From Chthoniobacterales bacterium (GTDB lineage: Bacteria > Verrucomicrobiota > Verrucomicrobiia > Chthoniobacterales > JACTMZ01): DNA of 53,367 bases. The DNA lies in the NCBI GenBank assembly GCA_049315725.1, contig JBMOJP010000004.1, forward strand, positions 1 to 53,367, written 5' to 3'. Below are positions 9,318 through 17,160 of this stretch, piece by piece. The notes beneath the pieces are model-generated. The model was not told the origin of the DNA. It searched no databases and saw only the letters and a program-made list of their open reading frames with translations. A program made the position numbers and the translations under genes. Each line of letters opens with the position of its first letter. Within the stretch, counting starts at the first letter, position 1.

Positions 9318-9914
9318 ATGACCGAATCGGAGCAGGAACCTGAGATCAGTGACGAGGATCTCGTTGCGCGCACCCAAGAGGGGGATCCGCGGGCTTTTGA
9401 TGCCTTGGTCCGCAAATACAGTTCGCGCCTCTATGGGTTGGTTTACCACATGACCTCCAACCACGAGGACACCAACGACCTCCTGCAGGACATTTTTTCC
9501 AAGGCCTACCGCTCGATCAAGGGCTTCCGCGGGAAATCGAGCTTCTACACCTGGCTCCATACGATCGCCACCAACATGACGATCAATTTTCTCAAGAAGC
9601 GGTCCCGCACTTACAATATGAGTCTTGATGACGTGGACAACGGGATCCACCATGACCCCGATTTCATCGAGATGACCTCCGCACCCGATGCAACGCGAGA
9701 GGTCAATCTCAAAGAGCTGCAACAAAGATTGAACGAGGCCATGATGAAGCTGTCGAATGACCACAGAGCCGTAGTCACTATGTTCGACATTCAAGGTATG
9801 CCTCATGCGGAAATCGGGAAAATCCTCGGGATCTCTGAGGGAACCGTTCGTTCCAGACTGTTTTACGCCCATCGCCAGCTGCAAAACCACCTCCAGGAAT
9901 TTCTCGTCAATTGA
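9318..9914 (+). CDS. ECF-type RNA polymerase sigma factor
   Basis: Region 2 (FDALVRKYSSRLYGLVYHMT..DLLQDIFSKAY...FYTWLHTIATN) and region 4 (ILGISEGTVRSRLFYAHRQL). Confidence 0.85.
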   Translation: MTESEQEPEISDEDLVARTQEGDPRAFDALVRKYSSRLYGLVYHMTSNHEDTNDLLQDIFSKAYRSIKGFRGKSSFYTWLHTIATNMTINFLKKRSRTYNMSLDDVDNGIHHDPDFIEMTSAPDATREVNLKELQQRLNEAMMKLSNDHRAVVTMFDIQGMPHAEIGKILGISEGTVRSRLFYAHRQLQNHLQEFLVN

Positions 9915-9918
9915 GCTT

Positions 9919-10350
9919 ATGAATCCCGACATCCACAAACTTCTCCGCCTCAAACGCTATGAGCATCCCACGCCGGACTACTTTGAGCGTTTTCTCGATG
10001 AATTTCATGACCGGCAGCGGTCCGATTTGCTCAAGCAGCCAACCTTGGGCCTGATCTGGGAGCGGATCGTCAGTGCGTTCCCCGATTTTCATGTTCCGCG
10101 CCTGGCCTACGCCGGTGTGGCCGCTGCGGCCATCATGGTTTCCACTGCGATTCTGGTCACGCAGCAGGGCGGCGACACGTCATCGGCCGCCGGAGCTTCC
10201 TTCGCGCTCAACTCCCCCGGGCCGACGGCCCCCGCGTTGTTTTCGGCTGAGAGTGCTGCCCGCCAGCCCGCCTCCTCACGTTCGGAGTTTCCCCCCTACT
10301 ACGTTCTGGAGTCACGGCCGGTGAGCTATGAGTCGCCTTATAGCTTTTAG
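9919..10350 (+). CDS. putative anti-sigma factor (single-pass membrane protein)
   Basis: Starts 5 nt after the sigma gene stop. One central TM (LAYAGVAAAAIMVSTAILV). Position-based call. Confidence 0.5.
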   Translation: MNPDIHKLLRLKRYEHPTPDYFERFLDEFHDRQRSDLLKQPTLGLIWERIVSAFPDFHVPRLAYAGVAAAAIMVSTAILVTQQGGDTSSAAGASFALNSPGPTAPALFSAESAARQPASSRSEFPPYYVLESRPVSYESPYSF

Positions 10351-11389
10351 TCTCTGCGGCGCCTTCGCCGGCGTCGCTCTTTTGGATTCCGCCCGGGCGG
10401 CCACGTCCGAGCCTGCTTCCCCGGTGCCCCTCGATGCGGCCGGGATGGCGGACGCGATCGAAGCCACGGTCGGACGTGTTTTTCACGAGAACGCCGATGC
10501 GGTCGTTCGGGTCGAGTCCGAGGACGAGTTAGGCAAGGTCGCCGGCACGGGATTTTTTGCCGACATGAACGGCACGATCTACACGCTCACCTCGGTGGTC
10601 GGAGACGGTCTCAGTGTCATGGTCACGCATGCGGGGCAACGCTGGCCGGCGCGTTTGCTGACCAAAGATTCCCGCAGCGGCATCGCCTTGATCAAAATCG
10701 AGACACCCACGGCCACGCCTTTCCTGACGCGCGGGGACTCGGGCGAACTGAAGGCGGCCTCGCCCCTCATCGCCATCGGATTTCCCTTCGACCATGATGT
10801 CACCCCCAGCTTCGGCTTGGTGGGCGGTTTCGATCGCCAGTCGGCCGGGAGGTTTTTCGCCACGACGCACATTCGCGCCAACATCCCCGTCCAGCGTGGT
10901 CAGGGTGGCAGCCCGGTGCTCAACATGGACGGAAAAGCGGTGGGCATTCTCGTCAGCAGTTTTGAGGAAGGGGCCGGATGCTATGTGCTCCCCATGCGTG
11001 CGGCGGAGAAACTGCGGTCCGACTACGAGCGTTTCGGCGGAGTGCGGCACGGTTGGGCCGGGGTCACCGTGCAGGAAGTCCCCCAGGCGGTGAATGGCTC
11101 GCGCATAGCCATTGACGTGGTTGATCCATCCGGGCCCGCCGTCGGCGAGTTCCGCCCGGGGGATGTGGTTTTGCAGGTCGGTGACATTACCGTGCGTGAG
11201 CCCGAGGATGCGCTTGATGCGGCGTTTTTCCTCACCGCGGGGGATTCAATCCAAGTCAAGGTCGCGCGGGGTGACGAAATCCTCAACATCTCCTTCACTC
11301 CGGGGCAGCACCCGATGGAGCGCAGTAACGACTTGCAGGCGCTCGGTCCGGACCGCCTGATGAACGTTGTGCCGGCGACCACGCCCTGA
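10328..11389 (+). CDS. secreted HtrA/DegP-like trypsin-fold plus PDZ protein with degenerate catalytic triad
   Basis: Signal peptide, then alignment by eye to E. coli DegP. TNNHVV aligns to TLTSVV, DIALIQI to GIALIKI, and GNSGGAL to GQGGSPV. PDZ-like C-terminus (GWAGVTVQE...GDVVLQVGD). Confidence 0.7.
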   Translation: MSRLIAFSLCGAFAGVALLDSARAATSEPASPVPLDAAGMADAIEATVGRVFHENADAVVRVESEDELGKVAGTGFFADMNGTIYTLTSVVGDGLSVMVTHAGQRWPARLLTKDSRSGIALIKIETPTATPFLTRGDSGELKAASPLIAIGFPFDHDVTPSFGLVGGFDRQSAGRFFATTHIRANIPVQRGQGGSPVLNMDGKAVGILVSSFEEGAGCYVLPMRAAEKLRSDYERFGGVRHGWAGVTVQEVPQAVNGSRIAIDVVDPSGPAVGEFRPGDVVLQVGDITVREPEDALDAAFFLTAGDSIQVKVARGDEILNISFTPGQHPMERSNDLQALGPDRLMNVVPATTP

Positions 11390-11397
11390 TGTCCCAA

Positions 11398-11455
11398 GTG
11401 GCATCGGCTTCCAGCCGATGATGGAAGTGGTTCATTGGCAGGATGCCGATGCCAC
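11398..11455. repeat. 58-bp REP-like imperfect palindrome (copy 1)
   Basis: GTGGCATCGGCTTCCAGCCGATG...CATTGGCAGGATGCCGATGCCAC. Its reverse complement matches 52915..52972 at 53/58 positions. It lies between convergent genes. Confidence 0.7.
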
Positions 11456-11483
11456 GCATTGCCTCCAGAAAATCTGAAAGGCC

Positions 11484-12584
11484 TTACACGTTGAAGCGAA
11501 ACTCCATCACGTCGCCGTCCTGCACGACGTATTCCTTGCCTTCGATCCGGAGTTTTCCGACCTCGCGCGCCTTCGCCTCGGAGCCGAGGGCCATGAGGTC
11601 CTCATAAGCCATCGTCTGGGCGGCAATGAAACCCCGCTCGAAGTCGCTGTGGATGACCCCGGCGGCGGCGGGAGCCTTGTCCCCGGCATGGATGGTCCAG
11701 GCGCGGGTTTCCTTCGGGCCGGTGGTGAAATAGGTGCGCAATCCGAGCAGGTGATAGACTGCTCGGATGAGCAGGCTCACGCCGCTGTCGGCCACGCCGA
11801 GGCCGGAGAGAAACTCCGCCGCCTCCTCGGGCGGGAGTTCGGCCAGTTCGCTTTCGATCTGGGCGCTGATGACGACGGCCTCGCTGCCATGGTGCGCGGC
11901 GGCGTAGTCGCGGACGGCCTGAATGTGGGCGTTGTCGCCCCCGGCCAGTTCGTTTTCCCCGACGTTGCAGGCGAAGATGGTCGGCTTGCTGGTCAGGAGG
12001 AAAAACTCACGAATGAGCTTTCGTTCGTCATCGGTCAGCTCGGCGGTGGAAGCGGGTTTGCCGGAATCGAGGTGCGGTAAAATTTTCTCGGCGAGGGCGA
12101 GCTCGGCCTTGGCTGTCTTGTCTCCTGAACGGGCACCCTTGGCCAGGCGTTCCGCGCGCTTCTTGATGCCGGCGAGATCGGCGAGGATGAGTTCGGTCGT
12201 GATGATCTCGATGTCGCGCACCGGGTCAACCGACCCGGCGACGTGGTGGATGTCGTCGCTCTCGAAGCAGCGGACGACCTGGACGATGGCGTCGACTTCG
12301 CGGATGTGGCTGAGGAACTGGTTGCCGAGGCCCTCGCCTTCGCTGGCGCCCTTGACCAGCCCGGCGATGTCCACAAACTCGATGGCGGTCGGGACGGTTT
12401 TTTCCGATTTGGTCAGCGCGGAGAGGCGGTCGAGACGATCGTCCGGAACATTCACGATGCCAACATTGGGCTCGATCGTGCAGAACGGGAAATTGGCGGC
12501 CGTGGCCTTCCGGGTGCGGGTCACCGCGTTGAAGAGGGTGGACTTTCCGACATTGGGCATCCCGACGATTCCGGCCTTGAGCAT
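11484..12584 (-). CDS. ychF: redox-regulated ATPase YchF
   Basis: MLKAGIVGMPNVGKSTLFNA... and the C-terminal TGS-like ...VVQDGDVMEFRFNV. Confidence 0.9.
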   Translation of the reverse strand: MLKAGIVGMPNVGKSTLFNAVTRTRKATAANFPFCTIEPNVGIVNVPDDRLDRLSALTKSEKTVPTAIEFVDIAGLVKGASEGEGLGNQFLSHIREVDAIVQVVRCFESDDIHHVAGSVDPVRDIEIITTELILADLAGIKKRAERLAKGARSGDKTAKAELALAEKILPHLDSGKPASTAELTDDERKLIREFFLLTSKPTIFACNVGENELAGGDNAHIQAVRDYAAAHHGSEAVVISAQIESELAELPPEEAAEFLSGLGVADSGVSLLIRAVYHLLGLRTYFTTGPKETRAWTIHAGDKAPAAAGVIHSDFERGFIAAQTMAYEDLMALGSEAKAREVGKLRIEGKEYVVQDGDVMEFRFNV

Positions 12585-12708
12585 AGGGGATCGACCTTAT
12601 CGGTGAAGCGCCGCGGATAGAAGAAGATTGCGGAAAAGGATTTTCCCGAGATTCGCGGACGAAGAAATAGCGTCTTTCATTTCCGCCCGGGAGCGGAAGA
12701 ATGCCCGC

Positions 12709-13458
12709 ATGGCCTCCGCCCGTCTGAAGAAAATTGTGACCTACGCGAACCGCTACCTTCGCCTCGCCGAGGTTGAGGACTATGCGGGGGCTCACAATGG
12801 CCTTCAGGTGGAGAATGGTGCAGGAGTTCAGCGCGTGCTGGCCGCAGTGGATGCTGGACTGCCGACCCTGCGGAAGGCGGCAGCGCTCGGGTCCGGTTCG
12901 CTGCTCGTGGTGCACCACGGGCTTTTCTGGTCCGGCGTGCAGATGGTCTCCGGCGTGTGGCGGGAGAAGCTGGAGATCATGCGCCAAAGCGACCTTTCGG
13001 TTTACGCCGCGCACCTGCCGCTCGATGCGCATGAGGTCGTGGGCAACAACGTGTTGCTCGCTCGGTCGGTCGGCGTGCGCAGCTTGAAGCCCTTCCTCGG
13101 CTTTGGCCGTGCGGGGACTTTTGCCGGATCGCGTGCCGATCTTGTTCGGGCCGTCCAGGCCGCGACGCATCGTGTGCCTCTGGTCTGCGCGGCTGGTCCG
13201 TCCAAACCCCACCGGGTCGGCGTGGTTTCCGGGGGCTCTGGCGACATGGTGGACAAGGTCGCGGCCGCCGGGGTGGACACGTTCATCACGGGCGAGGGAC
13301 CGCAGTGGAGTTGGGTCCGGGCCGAGGAATTGGGGCTCAATGTGATTTACGCGGGGCACTACGCGACCGAAACATTTGGGGTGAAGGCGCTGGCTGCGCA
13401 CCTGGCCGGGAAGTTTCGCCTTCCTTGGAACTTCGTCGACCATCCGGTCCCGTTGTGA
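12709..13458 (+). CDS. Nif3-like dinuclear metal centre protein (GTP cyclohydrolase 1 type 2 homologue)
   Basis: NGLQVE..., LLVVHHGLFW, and the C-terminal AGHYATE motif. Internal Met chosen. Confidence 0.8.
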   Translation: MASARLKKIVTYANRYLRLAEVEDYAGAHNGLQVENGAGVQRVLAAVDAGLPTLRKAAALGSGSLLVVHHGLFWSGVQMVSGVWREKLEIMRQSDLSVYAAHLPLDAHEVVGNNVLLARSVGVRSLKPFLGFGRAGTFAGSRADLVRAVQAATHRVPLVCAAGPSKPHRVGVVSGGSGDMVDKVAAAGVDTFITGEGPQWSWVRAEELGLNVIYAGHYATETFGVKALAAHLAGKFRLPWNFVDHPVPL

Positions 13459-14039
13459 TCCCGCGGGAATTTTTCACCCAGCCTCCCATGCATTGCGCGC
13501 GGGCTCTGGTGGGGTGCGAACTGGTCTGGGGCGGGTGCAGCGGCGTCATCGTGGAATGCGAGGCCTACGCAGCCCTCGGCGATCCCGCCTGCCACACGTT
13601 TTCGCGTCCCTCGGCCCGCAGATTCGTCGCCGACCACCCCGCCGGCACCGCGTATGTTTATCTCAACTACGGCATGCACTGGATGCTCAATGTCCTGATC
13701 AAGGGCGACGTGGATGGCTTTGTTCTGCTCCGGGCGATCGAGCCCCGGCGCGGCGTGGCGGCGATGCGGCGGCGGCGCGGAGAAAAGGAAGGGCGCGAAC
13801 TCACGGGTGGCCCCGGGCGTCTGGCCTCCGCGCTGGGAGTCACCGGCCGCGATCATGGCCGGGATTTATGCGCATCCCCGCGCCGGTGTTTTTTGCCGGG
13901 CGCGCCGGCCGAGGTCGCGGCCGATGGACGTATCGGAATCTCCCGTGCCCAAGAACTGCCCTGGCGCTTCTCCCTGCGGGGCAGCCGGTTTGTCAGCGTG
14001 CCCGTGCGGACGAAAAAAAAACCAAGCCGCGGAGGTTAG
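13455..14039 (+). CDS. mpg: DNA-3-methyladenine glycosylase (Mpg/AAG family)
   Basis: ARALVGCELV..., VECEAY...DPACH, AYVYLNYGMHWMLNV, GPGRLASALGV. GTG start overlapping the nif3-like stop (GTGA). Confidence 0.75.
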   Translation: MIPREFFTQPPMHCARALVGCELVWGGCSGVIVECEAYAALGDPACHTFSRPSARRFVADHPAGTAYVYLNYGMHWMLNVLIKGDVDGFVLLRAIEPRRGVAAMRRRRGEKEGRELTGGPGRLASALGVTGRDHGRDLCASPRRCFLPGAPAEVAADGRIGISRAQELPWRFSLRGSRFVSVPVRTKKKPSRGG

Positions 14040-14089
14040 TCCGCGACTTGGTCAAAAAGGGAATATTCCCCCCTTGTTGGCCGTTCAGC

Positions 14090-14203
14090 TTACTTGCTGT
14101 AGCTGACGGGAGCCGGTGCCGGCTTCGGCTTATGCGCGCAAGCGCCGAGGCTGAGCGACGCGGCCGCAACGGCGACGATGGCAATGATTCGAATGATGTT
14201 CAT
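14090..14203 (-). CDS. small putative lipoprotein (37 aa), below ORF-track cutoff
   Basis: Hand translation gives MNIIRIIAIVAVAAASLSLGACAHKPKPAPAPVSYSK, with a lipobox (L-G-A-C) and an AAGGGG Shine-Dalgarno-like sequence about 12 nt upstream. Confidence 0.4.
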   Translation of the reverse strand: MNIIRIIAIVAVAAASLSLGACAHKPKPAPAPVSYSK

Positions 14204-14291
14204 TTCTTGGTTCACCCCTTTCTAATGCAATTGATGCAAGCGTCGAGTTTGTCACAGTCGGCGCGGTGGACAACGAAAATCTCCCGAAATC

Positions 14292-14813
14292 TCAGGCCGT
14301 GCCGCCTGCCGCCTTGTTTCCGAGAGGCGGCTCAATCGTCACCGGGGTCCCGGCGGAAACCATTTCGTGCAGCGCGACCATGTCGGCATTGCGCAGCCGC
14401 ACGCAGCCATGGCTGGCGGGTGAACCGATCAGGTCCTCCTGATTCGTCCCGTGGATGTAGACAAAGCGGGCCAGCGTGTTGCTGTTTTCGGGGTCAAGCC
14501 CGTCGAGGGTGAGCACGCGGCTGAGCACATGATCCTCCTCACCACCGGGCTGGGCGATCTCGCCCGTGGGCTGCCGCGAACGAAAGATGCTCCAAGCCGG
14601 CGCGTGTGCGCCGATTTTTTCCCGAATGACAAAACGTCCGGTCGGTGTGCGGTAGCTGCCCTCCTCGCAGCCAAGGCCGAACCGCGAAGTCGAAACGGGA
14701 AACTCCGCCAGAACCTCGGTGCCCTCGGTCACGCGAAGGGTTTGGGTGGCCACATCGACCAACACCGCGCGCTGGGCGGGGGAGGGTTCGGTTGCTGCTT
14801 TCTTGATCGCCAT
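14292..14813 (-). CDS. L,D-transpeptidase (YkuD) domain protein
   Basis: ...YIHGTNQEDLIGSPASHGCVRLRNADM... catalytic His/Cys motif. Confidence 0.75.
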   Translation of the reverse strand: MAIKKAATEPSPAQRAVLVDVATQTLRVTEGTEVLAEFPVSTSRFGLGCEEGSYRTPTGRFVIREKIGAHAPAWSIFRSRQPTGEIAQPGGEEDHVLSRVLTLDGLDPENSNTLARFVYIHGTNQEDLIGSPASHGCVRLRNADMVALHEMVSAGTPVTIEPPLGNKAAGGTA

Positions 14814-14847
14814 GGTTGCTCCCTCGGCTATTCTCTCCGGTTCTCTC

Positions 14848-15855
14848 ATGAGCAGGAACTACCATGTAGCCATCGTCGGTGCAACCGGTGCCGTCGGGAT
14901 CGAAATGATGCGGGTGCTGGAGCGGCGGAATTTTCCCGTCGGAAAGCTGACCCTGCTGGCCTCGGCGCGCTCGACCGGGAAAGTGCTGGAGTTCCAAGGA
15001 CAGCCTGTGGAGGTGAGGGAACTGACGGCGGAAGCGTTCGCCGGTGTAGATTTCGCGCTCTTCAGCGCGGGCGGCGGTATCTCGAAGGAGTTTGCGCCCG
15101 CGGCCGTCGCCGCCGGTGCCGTTGTCGTCGATAATTCGTCGGCCTTTCGCCTGGACCCGGCCGTCCCGCTGGTGGTGCCCGAGATCAACCCGGAGGCCGC
15201 CCGGTCCCACCGGGGCATCATTGCCAACCCGAACTGCACCACGGCCATCACGCTGATGGGCCTTTGGCCGTTGCACCGCGCCTTCGGTGTCCGCCGCCTC
15301 TGGGCCTCCAGCTACCAGGCCGTTTCCGGCTCCGGCGCGAAGGCGATCGAAGAGCTCAAAGCCCAAGTCGAAGCGCTGGCCCGCGGCGAGCAGCCGCCCC
15401 GTGCGATCTATCCCTGGCAGATCGCCTTCAATGTCATCCCGCAGGTCGATGCCTTCCTCGACACCGGCTACACCAAGGAGGAAATGAAGATGGAAAACGA
15501 GGGCCGCAAGATCATGGGCCTGCCGGATTTTCGCGCCTCGGTCACCTGCGTGCGCGTGCCGGTCTATCGCGCCCACAGCGTCGCAGTCAGCGCCGAGTTC
15601 GATCGTCCTGTTTCCGTCGCCGCCGCCCGCGAGGCCCTGGCGACTGCCCCCGGCCTCAAGGTGGTGGACGAACCATCGCGCCACGGCTACCCCGTGCCGC
15701 TGCATGTCGCGGGTCAGGACGATTGCGAAATCGGCCGCCTGCGGGCGGACTGCGCCTTGGACAACGGCCTGGCCTTCTGGATCTGCGGCGACCAGCTTCT
15801 CAAGGGCGCCGCCCTCAATGCCGTGCAGATTGCGGAGTTGTTGGTCGAGCGCTGA
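14848..15855 (+). CDS. asd: aspartate-semialdehyde dehydrogenase
   Basis: HVAIVGATGAVG..., IIANPNCTT active-site Cys, SSYQAVSGSG. Internal Met of ORF 14719..15855. Confidence 0.9.
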   Translation: MSRNYHVAIVGATGAVGIEMMRVLERRNFPVGKLTLLASARSTGKVLEFQGQPVEVRELTAEAFAGVDFALFSAGGGISKEFAPAAVAAGAVVVDNSSAFRLDPAVPLVVPEINPEAARSHRGIIANPNCTTAITLMGLWPLHRAFGVRRLWASSYQAVSGSGAKAIEELKAQVEALARGEQPPRAIYPWQIAFNVIPQVDAFLDTGYTKEEMKMENEGRKIMGLPDFRASVTCVRVPVYRAHSVAVSAEFDRPVSVAAAREALATAPGLKVVDEPSRHGYPVPLHVAGQDDCEIGRLRADCALDNGLAFWICGDQLLKGAALNAVQIAELLVER

Positions 15856-15876
15856 ACGCGCCCCAGCCTGTTCGCA

Positions 15877-16137
15877 TTATTTTGCGTAGTGAAATCTGAG
15901 TTGTGCGATTTCAAGATTCTTTGCAGCAATTCGGTAAACCATACGATGCTCATCCGTGATACGGCGAGACCAGAACCCAGCAAGGGCGTGCTTCAAAGGT
16001 TCAGGTTTCCCGATCCCGTCATAATGGCTCCGCACAGTGTCCTTGATCAGTTCGTTGATTCTTCTGATCATTTTTTTATCCGTTTGCAACCAGTGCTGGT
16101 AATCTTCCCAAGCTTGGGGAGAGAAAACAAGATTCAT
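15877..16137 (-). CDS. yoeB: YoeB/Txe-family toxin
   Basis: MNLVFSPQAWEDYQHWLQTDKKMIRRINELIKD...SRRITDEHRMVYRI...FHY. 4-nt overlap with the antitoxin gene. Confidence 0.85.
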   Translation of the reverse strand: MNLVFSPQAWEDYQHWLQTDKKMIRRINELIKDTVRSHYDGIGKPEPLKHALAGFWSRRITDEHRMVYRIAAKNLEIAQLRFHYAK

Positions 16138-16397
16138 GCCTCCACCAGGTCTTTGACGTTCTTTCTGACGGTCTTTCCAGAGTTCAGACTCTCAATCGAC
16201 GCAAGTAAGCGCTTTGCGTTGGCTGGTGACCGAAGCAGATAAGCAGTTTCCTGAAGTGATTCATAGTCATCAAGAGAGAGCATGACCACAGCCTGGTCAC
16301 GATTGCGCGTAATGATAACGGGGTCATGGTCAACGCAAACTCTGTCCATTGTGGAGGCAAGCTTTTCTCTCGCTGCGGTGTATGTAATTGCAGTCAT
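16134..16397 (-). CDS. yefM: YefM/Phd-family antitoxin
   Basis: MTAITYTAAREKLASTMDRVCVDHDPVIITRNRDQAVVMLSLDDYESLQETAYLL. I prefer the internal Met because the longer ORF would run into the attC-like core at 16451. Confidence 0.8.
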   Translation of the reverse strand: MTAITYTAAREKLASTMDRVCVDHDPVIITRNRDQAVVMLSLDDYESLQETAYLLRSPANAKRLLASIESLNSGKTVRKNVKDLVEA

Positions 16398-16450
16398 ATG
16401 GACAACATCATGCACATGCACAGGAACCGTGTCAAGGACGATGTTTTTCT

Positions 16451-16612
16451 GGCGAACGTTCCCGATCACTTGCTCCCACTTGCTTTTGGCCCAGAGGGTG
16501 CGTAAGCAGCCTCTGGGCCAAAAGTGCCGAAGGCATGGGAGTTAAGTGCATCGGCCCGTTCCAGGGGCGCAGTCAAAGCCTCCGCTACGCTGCAGCCTTT
16601 ATCGTCAGACAT
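16451..16612 (-). repeat. composite attC-like site (two palindromic modules)
   Basis: Module A (16451..16563) has arms GGCGAACGTTCCCGATCACTTGCTCCC / GGGAGTTAAGTGCATCGGCCCGTTCC and an inner perfect 15-bp stem CTTTTGGCCCAGAGG / CCTCTGGGCCAAAAG. Module B (16564..16612) is near-identical to 18262..18315. Confidence 0.5.
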
Positions 16613-16618
16613 TTTGAT

Positions 16619-16996
16619 TTAGTCAGGCAGTTTAAAGGTCCAATAAGCGAGCGGAACAAGAGCGAGCTCGAGAACAATATATAAAATGAGAATCGGCTTT
16701 GGCTGACCATCGGCAAGGTAACTAAACAGCCTGCCACCCAGAAGACCTCCGGCAAAAACTACACACGTGAGAACTGCAGTGCTCCTGTGTCTGTTACTGA
16801 AAGCTGAATAAAGCCAGAATACGGCAAAGCCAAGATACAAGCCCATCGTTGCTCTGAGAATGTGAGTGACATTCAGATCGACCTCAGGAATCCCTAGGAA
16901 TGTTCGTGCGAACCACTGTGGTGAAATGCCGTAGAGAAGCGCGATAATAGTAACGGCAAAGAACGCGAATATTAAAAAGTATCGTTTAAGTTTCAT
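16619..16996 (-). CDS. small 4-TM membrane protein (DUF4345-like), integron cassette ORF
   Basis: MKLKRYFLIFAFFAVTIIALLYG... with four hydrophobic helices. AT-rich codon usage unlike the flanking chromosome. Confidence 0.55.
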   Translation of the reverse strand: MKLKRYFLIFAFFAVTIIALLYGISPQWFARTFLGIPEVDLNVTHILRATMGLYLGFAVFWLYSAFSNRHRSTAVLTCVVFAGGLLGGRLFSYLADGQPKPILILYIVLELALVPLAYWTFKLPD

Positions 16997-17055
16997 GACT
17001 AAAGAAAGAGATAATGCAGTTGCATAGTATTGTCGAAAGGGTGATATTTTCTTGT

Positions 17056-17148
17056 GCCGAACGTCCAAAGTGACCGGATGGCGGGCAGAGAGGCGTCGCG
17101 GTCTAGCTGCGCACGTTCCCGCCATTCGGTCGACTGCTCATGTTCGGC
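17056..17148 (-). repeat. attC-like site (93 bp)
   Basis: Plus-strand GCCGAAC (17056..17062) and GTTCGGC (17142..17148) bracket the imperfect arms GTCCAAAGTGACCGGATGGCGGGC / CCCGCCATTCGGTCGACTGCTCAT, with unpaired bases. On the cassette strand this reads R''=GCCGAAC ... R'=GTTCGGC. Confidence 0.6.
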
Positions 17149-17160
17149 TTTTTTATGATT

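Noticed and set aside
12226-13443. 405-aa minus-strand ORF, and the 339-aa plus-strand ORF at 13493..14512
   Set aside because: These are antisense to or out of frame with the ychF, nif3-like, mpg and L,D-transpeptidase genes. Their composition is Arg/Pro-rich and they carry no recognisable motifs.
14059-14070. Perfect palindrome GGGAATATTCCC as an operator or terminator
   Set aside because: It is a single occurrence. As an RNA hairpin it would have almost no loop and no U-tract, so there is not enough evidence for a function.
15851-15875. A full terminal attC site downstream of yoeB
   Set aside because: Only a 25-bp core pair with a 12-nt spacer is present. That is far shorter than functional attC sites, and it may equally be the asd terminator. 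It is reported only as a possibility.
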